A stretch of DNA of 64,000 nucleotides from Myxococcota bacterium. GTDB lineage: Bacteria; Myxococcota_A; UBA796; UBA2385. The stretch spans positions 96,001-160,000 of the forward strand of contig JBIJDH010000018.1 of NCBI GenBank assembly GCA_044344255.1. The letters run 5' to 3'. How positions within the stretch are numbered: the stretch's first letter is position 1; every line of letters begins with the position of its first letter. The position numbers and the translations under genes are program-made. Of the stretch, positions 1 to 9,450 are shown in pieces. Under the pieces are notes generated by a model that did no database searches, was not told where the DNA came from, and saw nothing but the letters and a program-made list of their open reading frames with translations.

Positions 1-2
1 CG

Positions 3-1004
3 TCCGCGGTGCGGCCGCGCATGGACTTTCGCCGCCCGACCCTCGTCATCGGAGCGGGGAAGACGGGGCAGCTCATCGCGCAGATGATCCGCGAGCACCC
101 GGCGCAGGGTGACATTCACGAGCTGGTGGGCTTCCTCGACGACCGCGAGGTGGACACTGGCGCCACCGGCCCCCGCCTCGGCGGCTCGAAGGAGCTCGAG
201 GAGGTCGTGCGCCGCTACCGGGTGCGCAGCATCGTCGTGGCCGTGCTCTCCGGGATGCAGCCGCACCTCACGGCCCAGCTCCTCTCCTGTAAGGCGGCGG
301 GCGTGCGGATCGAGGACATGCGGACGGTCTACAAGAGACTGACCGGCAAGGTGCCGATCCACTACCTGTCGGACACCGCGCTCATCTTCGGCCCCGACTT
401 CTCGGGGGTGCACGGGCTTGGCGGGGCGGTGCAGCGGGTGATCGACGTGGTGCTCGCCCTCATTGGCCTGCTGTTGACGGGCCCCGTGATCGCGCTCGGA
501 GCCCTCGCGGTCAAGCTCGACTCCCGCGGGCCCGCCTTCTTCCTCCAGGAGCGGGTGGGCCTCAACGAGGTGCCCTTCACGATCATCAAGCTGCGCACGA
601 TGCGAACCGACGCCGAGCAGGCCACCGGCCCAGTCTGGTCGCAGGGCGCGGGTGACCCGCGGGTCACGAAGGTGGGGCGCTTCCTTCGGCGCTCCCGCAT
701 CGACGAGCTGCCGCAGTTCTTCAACATCCTGCGCGGGGACATGTCGCTCGTCGGTCCGCGGCCAGAGCGGGAGCACTTCGTCTCTCGCTTGAAGGAGCAG
801 ATCCCCTTCTATGGCCTGCGCTTCGCCGCCCGCCCTGGGGTCACCGGCTGGGCGCAGGTGAAGTACAGATACGGTGCCAGCGAGGAAGATGCGGCTGAGA
901 AGCTATGTTATGATCTGTTCGCAATCCAAGAGATGAGCCCGGCGCTCTATCTGCTCGTGGTGGTCAAGACCGTGCAGACCGTCCTGCTACGCCCCGGCTC
1001 TTGA
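3..1004 (+). CDS. Polyprenyl-phosphate glycosylphosphotransferase (WcaJ/EpsB-type priming sugar transferase), 5'-partial
   Basis: Rossmann-like LVIGAGKTG / VGFLDD region followed by Bac_transf motifs FFLQERVG, KLRTM, DPRVTKVGRFLRRSRIDELPQFFNILRGDMSLVGPRPER, PGVTGWAQV. Frame is open to the window edge. Confidence 0.93.
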   Translation, partial: SAVRPRMDFRRPTLVIGAGKTGQLIAQMIREHPAQGDIHELVGFLDDREVDTGATGPRLGGSKELEEVVRRYRVRSIVVAVLSGMQPHLTAQLLSCKAAGVRIEDMRTVYKRLTGKVPIHYLSDTALIFGPDFSGVHGLGGAVQRVIDVVLALIGLLLTGPVIALGALAVKLDSRGPAFFLQERVGLNEVPFTIIKLRTMRTDAEQATGPVWSQGAGDPRVTKVGRFLRRSRIDELPQFFNILRGDMSLVGPRPEREHFVSRLKEQIPFYGLRFAARPGVTGWAQVKYRYGASEEDAAEKLCYDLFAIQEMSPALYLLVVVKTVQTVLLRPGS

Positions 1005-2012
1005 AGCCTCGACGGCGGAGGCCCCAGCTCTGGCGGCCCAGCGCGCCTCGGCCTGCGCCGCGATCTCGCTCATCGGCAGGATGTCGAGGCGGCCAGCGTC
1101 GCGGAGGCGGGCGGCGGCGGCGAAGATCTGGTCGAAGGCCTCGAGCAGGGCCGGAGGGTCGGTCGCGAGGTTGATCGGGTGCAGGTAGAGGTGGCAGATG
1201 CGCCGATCGGCCGCCGCGGCCTCGAGGCCGGCCACGCTGCGCCGGACGCGCTGGGCGATGGGGATGTAGCGCCGCACGCCGTCGATCGGCAAGAAGGTGG
1301 CGGAGGCCGGGATGTCCCACAGGCCGTGGGCGTCCCGGCGGGGCACCACCGTCGGCGGGCGGCGGGCGGCGGCGACGTAGGCGAGGTGCAGCAGGCGGCC
1401 GGCCGGCCCGGGCACCCAGGGCCGCCGGTACCAGACGGGCTCCGGGCCGCGGTAACACGTGAAGCCGTGGCGCCGGAGGAGGTCGATGTGGCCGAGCTCG
1501 TTGCGCGGGAAGACGAAGGAGCGCAGCGTGAGGCCGAGCCGGCGGGCCTCCTCCACGCAGCGCTGGAGCTCGGAGTCGGCGGTGGCGCGGGAGCAGCCCG
1601 GATCTCCGAAGATGGGGTGGGAGAAGCTGTGGCTGCCCACCTCCTGACCGGCGGCGACGAGGCGGCGGACGAGGCTCTCGCCGTAAAATGCGGGGTGCTC
1701 GGCCTCGGTGCCGGCCGGCACGCCCTCCCACCAGTCCCCCCGCAGCCAGGCGTGGCGAGGGGGCTGGAGGTCCGGGTGGAGCTGGCCAGTCCCGCGGGCG
1801 GCGGCGCCGAGGAAGAGGTGCCCGACGGTGGCCCAGGTGGCGATGATGCCGTGCGCGGCGAGACGGTCGAGCAGGCCGGGAAAGACCTCTCGACGGGTGC
1901 GCTCGGCCAGCTGGACGAGGCCGTGAAGATCGGTCGTGAGGTCACGCGAGCCCCAGACCAGCTCGAAGTCGAGGCTAAGGCAGAAGATCCCACGGTCGTT
2001 CTGGACGGTCAC
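987..2012 (-). CDS. Polysaccharide deacetylase family protein (CE4/NodB-like)
   Basis: FCLSLDFELVWG, ATWATVG, EVGSHSFSH, SFVFPRN, HLYLHPIN motifs. Start placed at GTG 2012; the longer ORF-track extension is the antisense of wzc. Confidence 0.85.
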   Translation of the reverse strand: MTVQNDRGIFCLSLDFELVWGSRDLTTDLHGLVQLAERTRREVFPGLLDRLAAHGIIATWATVGHLFLGAAARGTGQLHPDLQPPRHAWLRGDWWEGVPAGTEAEHPAFYGESLVRRLVAAGQEVGSHSFSHPIFGDPGCSRATADSELQRCVEEARRLGLTLRSFVFPRNELGHIDLLRRHGFTCYRGPEPVWYRRPWVPGPAGRLLHLAYVAAARRPPTVVPRRDAHGLWDIPASATFLPIDGVRRYIPIAQRVRRSVAGLEAAAADRRICHLYLHPINLATDPPALLEAFDQIFAAAARLRDAGRLDILPMSEIAAQAEARWAARAGASAVEASRAGA

Positions 2013-2156
2013 GCGCGCGCATAACACCCGCGCGACACGGTTGCGGCAGGCTTGGGGCGGCTGAGCTATTGTGCAGGACCTCTGGAACGTGGGCGGAGCC
2101 GGAGGGCAAGCGGCGCGCGCCACCCGGAGATCCGGGCGGCGGAGGAGAGGGGCGCG

Positions 2157-4346
2157 ATGGTCGACCGGTCGAATCGGGAGCTTGGACGAACTGGGGCGGC
2201 CCCCGCCGAGGCCGGCGCCCCGGGGGCGCGAGGGCCGAACGGCGCCCAAAGCCGCCCGCTGGACCTCAGCCTCTTCCGGCGGGCGATCCTCGAGCAGTGG
2301 CCCACCCTCGTCGCCTTCGCGGGCTCCGTCTTTGTCGCCGCCCTGGTCGTCAGCCTCCTCACCCCGCGCCTCTACGACGCCCAGGCCGTGATCCAGCTCC
2401 TCCCCCGGGCGGGGCGGGAGGTCGACCTCGCGCAGGCCGTGCGCACCGAAGACGGCGGCTACATGGAGAGCCGGGACCGCGCACGGACCCAGATCCAGAT
2501 CATCCAGAGCCGGGGCGTCGCGGAGGAGGTGCTCCAGCGCTACGCCGCCCAGGGTCAGGACGACCTGCCGGCCACCCCCGAGGGAGCAGACGCCCTGCTC
2601 CGCGCCCTCTCGGCCGGCCCCCGTGAAGACACGCAGCTGGTTGAGATCCACGTGCTCAACCGTGACCCCGAGCGCGCCGCCCTCCTCGCCAACCTCGTGG
2701 CGCAGGTCTACGTCGAGCGCAACCTCGAGGCCCGTCGAGAGGTGGCCGCGCAGTCCCGCGACTGGCTGGGTGGACAGACCGAGACCTACAGACAGTCGCT
2801 CGACAGCGCCACCCAGGCGGTGATGAGCTTCAAGGCGGAGCACAACCTCGCCGACATCGATGAGTCCACCGACTCCATCACCAGCCGCCTCAGCTCGCTG
2901 CAGACGGCCATCGCCGAGGCGAACACGCAGGCCGTGCTGCTCGAGAGCTCGCTCCGCAGCCACCAACGCTTGCAGCGGGACGGTCACTTTGACGTGCTGG
3001 TGGGCATGATCGAGGACCCCGCGCTCGAGACCATGGCCAAAGAGCGGGCGATGAAGGCCGCGGCGACCGCGGAGGTCCTCTCTCGGTACGGGGAGCTGCA
3101 CCCCGAACACCGGCGCGCCGTCGACGCCCTCGCCCAGCTCGACACCCGCATCCGCCAGGAGGTGGACCGCAACATCGAGGGCGAGCGGGCCGCGCTCGGC
3201 AACCTCAAGCGGCAGGGGGAGAAGCTCCAGGAGGAGCTCGACCGGGTGAAGGGCGAGCTCCTTGAACGGCAGCGGCTGAGTGAACAGTATTCAGCATTAA
3301 AGCTTGAAGAAGACCGTGTTCGTCGTTTGTACGGCTCCCTCGGCGAGCGGGAGGCAGAGGTCGGCCTGCAGGCCCGCACCGAGCTGAACGACGTGCACCT
3401 CGTCGACGAGGCGCGCGCTCCCTCCTCCCCGGCCAAGCCGAACATCCCGCTCAACCTCGCCATGGCGCTGCTGGTGGGCGCCGCAGGCGGCTTCGGCCTC
3501 GCCTTGCTCCGCCTACGGCTCGACGATCGGGTGCGGGGCGCGGCCGCCCTTCGAGACCTCGCGGAGGCCCCCTTCTTGGGAGAGCTCCCGAGCGTCGCGG
3601 CCACGGTCCCGCCCGACCGCCGCGCCCTCGAGTCTCACGAGAACCCGGGCTCGCTCATGGCCGAGGCGCTCCAGCAGGTGCGGGCCGCACTGCACCCGGC
3701 GCTGGTGCCCGGGGCTGGCCTCCGTGTGCTCGTGACGAGCGCCCTCGAAGATGAAGGTCGCACCGACGTCGCGGTCGGACTCGCGATCGGCTTCGCCCGC
3801 CTCGGGATGAGCACGCTGCTCATCGACGCCGATCTGCGACAGCCGCGCCTGCACGCGGTCTTCGGACAGCCCCAGGGGCCGGGCCTCGTCGAGGCCACGA
3901 AGGGGGTCCGCGGAGATCCGCTCCGCTACGTGCGCAGCACCCCGATGCCCGACCTGCACCTGCTCACGAGCGGCGGACCGGCGGAGTTCCCGGGGGAGCT
4001 GCTCGCCTCGGTCGAGGTCGACCTGCTGCTCTCTCGCGCCGGTGAGGCCTACCGGCTCGTGATCATCGACAGCCCGCCCGCCTCCCTGGTCTCGGACGCG
4101 CGCCAGCTCAGCCGCTCGACCGACGCCGTGCTCCTCGTCGCCCGGCGCGGCCGGGTGACCCGCAAGGAGGTCGAGGAGACCGTCGATCAGCTCCGGCGAG
4201 CGGGGGCCTGGCTGGCGGGGGTGGTGCTGAATGACGTGCCGCCGCGGGCGGAGGAGCTCCGGTACCGAGCCTCGCTCCGCCACGCGAGCGCGGCGGCCGC
4301 TCCGTCGTCCTCGGCCGCCCCGCTGCGCGGTGACCGCACCCCATGA
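2157..4346 (+). CDS. wzc: Polysaccharide co-polymerase / BY-kinase fusion (Wzc/GumC family), Walker A variant
   Basis: ATG 2157 after GGAGGAG; TM - coiled coil - PSSPAKPN - TM - cytoplasmic domain with LLIDADLRQP and VIIDSPP; Walker A reads TSALEDEGRT. Confidence 0.88.
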   Translation: MVDRSNRELGRTGAAPAEAGAPGARGPNGAQSRPLDLSLFRRAILEQWPTLVAFAGSVFVAALVVSLLTPRLYDAQAVIQLLPRAGREVDLAQAVRTEDGGYMESRDRARTQIQIIQSRGVAEEVLQRYAAQGQDDLPATPEGADALLRALSAGPREDTQLVEIHVLNRDPERAALLANLVAQVYVERNLEARREVAAQSRDWLGGQTETYRQSLDSATQAVMSFKAEHNLADIDESTDSITSRLSSLQTAIAEANTQAVLLESSLRSHQRLQRDGHFDVLVGMIEDPALETMAKERAMKAAATAEVLSRYGELHPEHRRAVDALAQLDTRIRQEVDRNIEGERAALGNLKRQGEKLQEELDRVKGELLERQRLSEQYSALKLEEDRVRRLYGSLGEREAEVGLQARTELNDVHLVDEARAPSSPAKPNIPLNLAMALLVGAAGGFGLALLRLRLDDRVRGAAALRDLAEAPFLGELPSVAATVPPDRRALESHENPGSLMAEALQQVRAALHPALVPGAGLRVLVTSALEDEGRTDVAVGLAIGFARLGMSTLLIDADLRQPRLHAVFGQPQGPGLVEATKGVRGDPLRYVRSTPMPDLHLLTSGGPAEFPGELLASVEVDLLLSRAGEAYRLVIIDSPPASLVSDARQLSRSTDAVLLVARRGRVTRKEVEETVDQLRRAGAWLAGVVLNDVPPRAEELRYRASLRHASAAAAPSSSAAPLRGDRTP

Positions 4347-5710
4347 CCGCGCTCCGGGGGTGGGTCGATCCCGGGTCGGGCTCCTCCGTCCGGGCCGTCC
4401 TCCTGACGGTGGGCTTCGGCCTCCTGGTGGGCCTCGGCCTCGCCTTGCGGCCCGGCCTCGGGGCCGTGGCGCTCGGCGGCGGGCTCCTCGCCCTGGCCGC
4501 GCTGCGGTGGCCCCCGCTGCTCGTCGCCCTGATGTTCACCGGCATCCTCTTCGACCGCATCGGCCTCACCGGCGTCAAGTTGGCCGACTTTCCGGTGACG
4601 GCCTCCAAGCTCACCGTGCTCGGGAGCCTCGGCCTCTGGGTGCTGCACGCGGCGCTCTATCGGACCAGCCCGGTGCGCGGGCACCGCGTGCTGACCACGA
4701 TGGCCGTGGTGGTGCTGTCCACCGGCCTCTCCATCGCCTGGAGCGGCACGATGAAGGTGGGCAAGTTCACCCTCTTCGGGCTCGGGATGATGACGGTGCT
4801 CGTCGGGCTGGTCTACGCGGTCTTGACGGAGCGCTCGCTGCAGCCCCTGCTGCGGATCTTCGGGCTGGTCTTCTCGGTCGTTCTGGCCTTCGCGCTCCTG
4901 GGCGGCGGGGGAGGCAGCGGGGAGGCGGCCCGGGCCTCGGGGACGATGGGGGACCCGAACGAGTGGGCCGCGATGGTGCTGCTCGTGGTGCCCTTCTTGC
5001 TCGGCGGCCTCGCCCGTGACCCCCACCCGCTCATCCGCCCCCTGCGGATGGGCCTGTTCTTGATGACCCCCCTCGCGGTGCTGCAGAGCGAGTCTCGGTC
5101 GGCGCTGCTGGTCTTCGCCCTCGTCCTTCCGGGGCTCCTGTTTTTGCTCCGGGAGCGCCGGGGTGAGCTCGGCCTCTGTGCGGCGGCAGGGGTGGTCGCG
5201 GCGCCGCTGGTCGTCGACCTCAGCACCGCCTTCGCGCGCTTCGAACGGCTCCTGCGCGTGCTCGGCGGTGACCACCTCGGCCAGGACGGCAGCATCTCCG
5301 AGCGCACCGAGCTCTTGCGCCAGGGGCGGGAGCTCTTCCTCGAGCACTGGCTGCTCGGGGCGGGCCCTGGGAACTTCTCGCGGGCGACCGGCTTCATCGG
5401 CGAGAACGGCAAGCTCCGACCCGCCCACAACACCTACCTCGAGGTCGCGAGCGAGCAGGGCGTCGTGGGCCTCGTGCCCTTCGCGGTCTGCATGGTGACG
5501 GTGGCCGTCACCCTGATCACGGCCTATCGACGGGCGCCCACCCTCGAGGACCGCAGCCGCGTGGGCGGCGCGATCGTCGGCCTCGCCGCCTTCGCGCTGA
5601 TGGCGGCCACCCTCGGCCTGCTCACCTTCTCGATGGCCTATCTCCTGCTCGGGCTCGCCCTGGCCTTCGTGACCCAGGCCGAGCGGGCGCCCGGGGCCGC
5701 CTCGCCATGA
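4343..5710 (+). CDS. O-antigen ligase / Wzy polymerase family membrane protein
   Basis: Multi-TM; RASGTMGDPNEWA, SESRSA, GAGPGNF, AHNTYLEVASEQGVVG motifs; ATGA overlap with wzc. Confidence 0.85.
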   Translation: MTALRGWVDPGSGSSVRAVLLTVGFGLLVGLGLALRPGLGAVALGGGLLALAALRWPPLLVALMFTGILFDRIGLTGVKLADFPVTASKLTVLGSLGLWVLHAALYRTSPVRGHRVLTTMAVVVLSTGLSIAWSGTMKVGKFTLFGLGMMTVLVGLVYAVLTERSLQPLLRIFGLVFSVVLAFALLGGGGGSGEAARASGTMGDPNEWAAMVLLVVPFLLGGLARDPHPLIRPLRMGLFLMTPLAVLQSESRSALLVFALVLPGLLFLLRERRGELGLCAAAGVVAAPLVVDLSTAFARFERLLRVLGGDHLGQDGSISERTELLRQGRELFLEHWLLGAGPGNFSRATGFIGENGKLRPAHNTYLEVASEQGVVGLVPFAVCMVTVAVTLITAYRRAPTLEDRSRVGGAIVGLAAFALMAATLGLLTFSMAYLLLGLALAFVTQAERAPGAASP

Positions 5711-7248
5711 GCGCAGGCGAGGGCCCCGCCAGTTCGGCCGCTTCGCCGGCCGCCGCCTCGCCCGTCGTCGCCTCGCCCGTCGTCGCCTCGCCCGTCGTCG
5801 CCACGTCGGGGCGCGGCGGGAACCTCGTCGCGCTCGGCCTCGGCCAGTCGGTGCGAATGCTGTCGGGCTTCGCGGTCAACGTGATGCTGATGCGCTCGCT
5901 CGGCGTGGAGGGCTTCGGGATCTACGGCACCGTCATGAACCTCGTGGGGCTGCTCGGCTTCGGGGCCCACCTCGGCATGAGCCGCCTCCTCGTGCGACAG
6001 ATCGCCCGCGATCCGGCGCGGCTCCACGAGCGGGTGCAGACGGGCCTCCTCGCCACGGCCCTGCTCTCGACGCTCACGGCTTGCGGGATGGTGCTCTCCG
6101 CCCTCACCCTCGACGGCCGGCCGCTCGTGGTGGGGGCCACCGTGCTGGCGGCGGTGGCGATGGGCCTCCAGTCCTTGGCGATGGTTCCTGAGGCGGCCTT
6201 TCACGGGCTCCGTCAGATGGGGCTCTCTGCCCGCGGACAGGTCGCGGGGCGGCTGGTGCTCATGCTGGCCACCGCCCTCTTCTTGTGGTCCGAGCTCGGG
6301 GTGCTCGCCGTGTTCGTCGCCCAGGTGGCCGACGCCCTGGTCGCCTTCGGCCTGCTCTGGTGGGCCTTCCGGGTGGGGGCCCCCCCGCCGGAGGTCGCCG
6401 CTGTCGGGGCCCTGCCCGTCGCCCTGCCCGTCGCTCTGCCCCCGCGGCGGGAGCGGGTGCGCGACCTCGTGCGTGAGGCGCTGCCCTTCGGTGCTAACGC
6501 TCTCTTCGGCGCCATCTACTTGAGCGCAGATGTGCTCCTGCTCGCGCGTTTGCATGGCGACGCCGAGGTGGGCGTCTACCGCGGCGCGGTGATGCTGATC
6601 AGCCTCTTCCCCGTCATCGCCAACACGCTCACCACCGCGATCTACCCGAGGTTGGCCCTCCACATCGGCGCGCCCGAGCGGGCAGGGGAGGAGCTCGGCT
6701 TCCTCTCGCGGGTCCTGCTCGCGCTGAGCGCTCCGGCGGCGGTGGGCGGGGTGCTCCTCGCCACCCCGCTGATGCTGCTGTTCGGCGGGCCGGCCTTCGC
6801 GGAGAGCGGCCTGCCCTTTCAGATCCTGGCGCCGCTCCTCCCCCTCCGCTTCCTGAACAATGGCTACGCCACCGCGCTCACCAGCCTCGACCGCCAGGGC
6901 GACCGCACCCGGGGTGTGTTCATCGCCGCCCTGCTGAACGTGGGCCTCAACGTCCTCGTCCTGCCTCGCTTCGGGGCGGTGGGGGCGGCCGCGACCACGC
7001 TCCTGACGGAGCTCTTCCTGACCGCTTGGATGGGCTGGCACGTCCGCCCGCTCGTCTCCGGCCTCCGACTGCCCGAGACGTTGCTGCGGGTGGCGCTGCC
7101 CTCCCTCGGCATGGGCCTCGCCCTCTCGGTGCTGCCACCCGCGCCGGTGCTGGTGCACATCGCGGCCGGAGGAGCGCTCTTCCTTGTCCTCGGCCGCTGG
7201 AGCGGCGCCTGGCGCCCGGCCGATCTCCGTCGCCTCCGGAGGGTTTAA
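5707..7248 (+). CDS. wzx: Wzx-type polysaccharide flippase (MOP superfamily)
   Basis: About 12-14 TM segments; RSLGVEGFGIY, DVLLL...EVGVY, NVLVLPRFGAVGAAATT motifs; position in EPS operon. Confidence 0.87.
   Translation: MSAGEGPASSAASPAAASPVVASPVVASPVVATSGRGGNLVALGLGQSVRMLSGFAVNVMLMRSLGVEGFGIYGTVMNLVGLLGFGAHLGMSRLLVRQIARDPARLHERVQTGLLATALLSTLTACGMVLSALTLDGRPLVVGATVLAAVAMGLQSLAMVPEAAFHGLRQMGLSARGQVAGRLVLMLATALFLWSELGVLAVFVAQVADALVAFGLLWWAFRVGAPPPEVAAVGALPVALPVALPPRRERVRDLVREALPFGANALFGAIYLSADVLLLARLHGDAEVGVYRGAVMLISLFPVIANTLTTAIYPRLALHIGAPERAGEELGFLSRVLLALSAPAAVGGVLLATPLMLLFGGPAFAESGLPFQILAPLLPLRFLNNGYATALTSLDRQGDRTRGVFIAALLNVGLNVLVLPRFGAVGAAATTLLTELFLTAWMGWHVRPLVSGLRLPETLLRVALPSLGMGLALSVLPPAPVLVHIAAGGALFLVLGRWSGAWRPADLRRLRRV
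5755..5799 (+). repeat. 3 x 15-bp in-frame tandem repeat GCCTCGCCCGTCGTC (ASPVV) in flippase N-terminus
   Basis: Read directly from the sequence. Confidence 0.9.
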
Positions 7249-8400
7249 GTGCCGATCGTCGAGCTCATCCCCAGCCTCACCGTCGGCGGTGCCGAGCGGG
7301 TGGTCACGTTGCTCTCTCTGGCGCTGCGCGCCGAGGGGGCGGCGGTCACGGTGGTGTCTCTGGGGGGGCCCACCGGGAGCTGGCTCGAGGCGGAGCTCGC
7401 CGCTGGCGGCGTGCCCATGCGCTTCCTCGGCAAGGGCCCGGGCTTCGAGCCGCGGATCATCCCTCGCCTCGGGCTCACCCTCGCGCATCTCCGGCCGCGG
7501 GTGGTCCACAGCCACCTGCACACCCTCAAGTACCTGCTGCCGGCCCACATCGGCGCGCCCCGCTCGGTGATGGTGCACACGCTGCACAACGTCGCCCTCC
7601 GCGAGGCCACGACCGCCGATCGCCGGCTCCAGCAGCTCGCCTTTCGGCTGGGCGTCGTGCCGGTGTCGATCGGGGATGCGGTCAGCGAGAGCTTCCGCGC
7701 GGTCTACCGCCTGCCGGAGCCCTCCCTCATCCCGAACGGCATCCCAGTCGCCACCTACGCGCGACCCGCGACCCCCCGCGAGGCGCTGCGGGCCCGCCTC
7801 GGCGTCGGCCCAGACACGCCGGTGCTGCTGAGCGTCGGGCGCCTCAACGCCCAGAAGGACCCCTGCGCCCTCGTCCTCGCCTTCGCCGATCCGCGGCTCC
7901 GCGCGCTCGGCGCCCGCCTCTGGATCGCCGGGGAGGGGGAGCTCCGGGCCGAGGTGGAGGCCGAGGTGCAGCGCGCTGGCCTCGAGGGCGTCGTCACGCT
8001 CCTCGGTGTCCGATCAGACGTGCCCGATCTGCTCGCCGCCGCCGACGTCTTCGTCCTCGCGTCGCGCTACGAGGGCAACCCGCTCGTCGTGATGGAGGCG
8101 ATGGCCGCGGGGCGGCCCGTGGTGGCCACCGCCGTGGGCTGCCTGCCAGAGCTCGTCTCGGACGAGACCGGCCGCCTCGTGCCTGCAGGGGACGGCCCTG
8201 CCCTCTCCGCCGCGATGGTGGCCCTCGCCGGCGATCGGCGGTTGGCGGACCGGCTCGGGGCCGCCGCCGCCGCTGTGGCCCTCGCGCGTTTTGACGTGCG
8301 GGTGATGGCCCGCGCCTACCGGGCCCTCTTCGACCGGCTCCGCCCGGAGGAGGCCCGGCCGGCCTCGGGTGTTAGTCAGGCTGCCTCTACCCCCTCCTGA
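7249..8400 (+). CDS. Glycosyltransferase family 4 (GT-B)
   Basis: GGAERV, VVHSH, HTLHN, IPNGI, VGRLNAQKD, DVFVLASRYEGNPLVVMEAMAAGRPVV (EX7E motif). Confidence 0.93.
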   Translation: MPIVELIPSLTVGGAERVVTLLSLALRAEGAAVTVVSLGGPTGSWLEAELAAGGVPMRFLGKGPGFEPRIIPRLGLTLAHLRPRVVHSHLHTLKYLLPAHIGAPRSVMVHTLHNVALREATTADRRLQQLAFRLGVVPVSIGDAVSESFRAVYRLPEPSLIPNGIPVATYARPATPREALRARLGVGPDTPVLLSVGRLNAQKDPCALVLAFADPRLRALGARLWIAGEGELRAEVEAEVQRAGLEGVVTLLGVRSDVPDLLAAADVFVLASRYEGNPLVVMEAMAAGRPVVATAVGCLPELVSDETGRLVPAGDGPALSAAMVALAGDRRLADRLGAAAAAVALARFDVRVMARAYRALFDRLRPEEARPASGVSQAASTPS

Positions 8401-8412
8401 GCGTACACCCCG

Positions 8413-9303
8413 ATGTCCCGCCTCACCCTCCCGCTTTGCCTCGTGCTCTCGTCGAGCGGGTTGGCGGTCGGCGCCGCCGGCCCGGCCCGGGCCGGGGAGA
8501 CCGCGACGCCGGTGTCCGCGACGTCGGAGGCCCCGCCGCCCGACGAGGCGGGCGCTGCGGTCGGGCCGCTCGACCGATCGGCGGGGCGGTATCGTTTTGG
8601 CCCCGGTGACACGCTCCGGATCGAGGTCTTCGGGGAGGCCAACCTCACGGGGGTCTTCCCCGTGAGCGACGCGGGCGAGCTCGACTACCCCCTGCTCGGC
8701 GTGCTCAAGGTCGAGGGCCTGACCGCCGCCGAGGTCACCGCGCTCCTGCACGACCGGCTCAAGGATGGCTACCTCTCGAACCCGAGGGTCATGGCCCGGC
8801 CCGAGAGCTACCTCTCCAAGCCCGTGCAGGTGCTCGGAGCGGTCCCCAAGCCGGGCATGTACTACCTCCGCGGCGAGACCACCTTGCTCGAGCTGCTCGC
8901 CTTGGCGGGGGGCGTGAACCGCTCGGGGGTCGGAGAGCTGCGGGTGACCCACAGCGACAGCGCCGTCGCGGTGTCGGTGGTCTCCTACGAGGCGCTGATC
9001 GGGCGCGGCGAGGGCAACCTCACGGTGGCCGGCGGAGACGTCGTCTTCGTGCCTGAGAGCCACGTCACCGTGATGGGGCAGGTCCAGAAGCCGGGCGACG
9101 TCGCCTTCCGCGAAGACCTCACCGTCTCGGCTGCCATCGCCGCCGCAGGCGGGGCGCTGGGCACCGCGAACCTCGGCCGCGTCTACATCCTGCGCGGAGA
9201 CCAGCGCATCCGGGTCGACGTGCGGAAGGCCCTCGCTGGAAAGGTGGAGGACCCCGAGGTGCAGGCAGGAGACCGCATTGTGGTGCGGCAGTCGGTCTTC
9301 TGA
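8413..9303 (+). CDS. wza: Polysaccharide export protein (OPX/Wza-like: Poly_export plus SLBB domains)
   Basis: Signal peptide; YRFGPGDTLRIEVFGE, GELDYPLLG, VQVLGAVPKPGMY, two SLBB repeats. Short form with no evident C-terminal outer-membrane helix. Confidence 0.88.
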   Translation: MSRLTLPLCLVLSSSGLAVGAAGPARAGETATPVSATSEAPPPDEAGAAVGPLDRSAGRYRFGPGDTLRIEVFGEANLTGVFPVSDAGELDYPLLGVLKVEGLTAAEVTALLHDRLKDGYLSNPRVMARPESYLSKPVQVLGAVPKPGMYYLRGETTLLELLALAGGVNRSGVGELRVTHSDSAVAVSVVSYEALIGRGEGNLTVAGGDVVFVPESHVTVMGQVQKPGDVAFREDLTVSAAIAAAGGALGTANLGRVYILRGDQRIRVDVRKALAGKVEDPEVQAGDRIVVRQSVF

Positions 9304-9450
9304 CGGTCCCCTGCGCGGGCCGGCGCGGCCCGACCCATCCGTGAAGGCGCCGACTGTGGGCTGACTTACATCCGGAGCGCTGGCCTCACTTTTCCCCTCG
9401 ACCGTTGAATGGAACGGCTATCCTACTGATCGCGGCACAGGGGAGAAGCG

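Noticed and set aside
2013..3110. N-terminal ~365 aa of ORF 987..3110(-)
   Set aside because: Antisense shadow of wzc; deacetylase motifs begin only near 2012.
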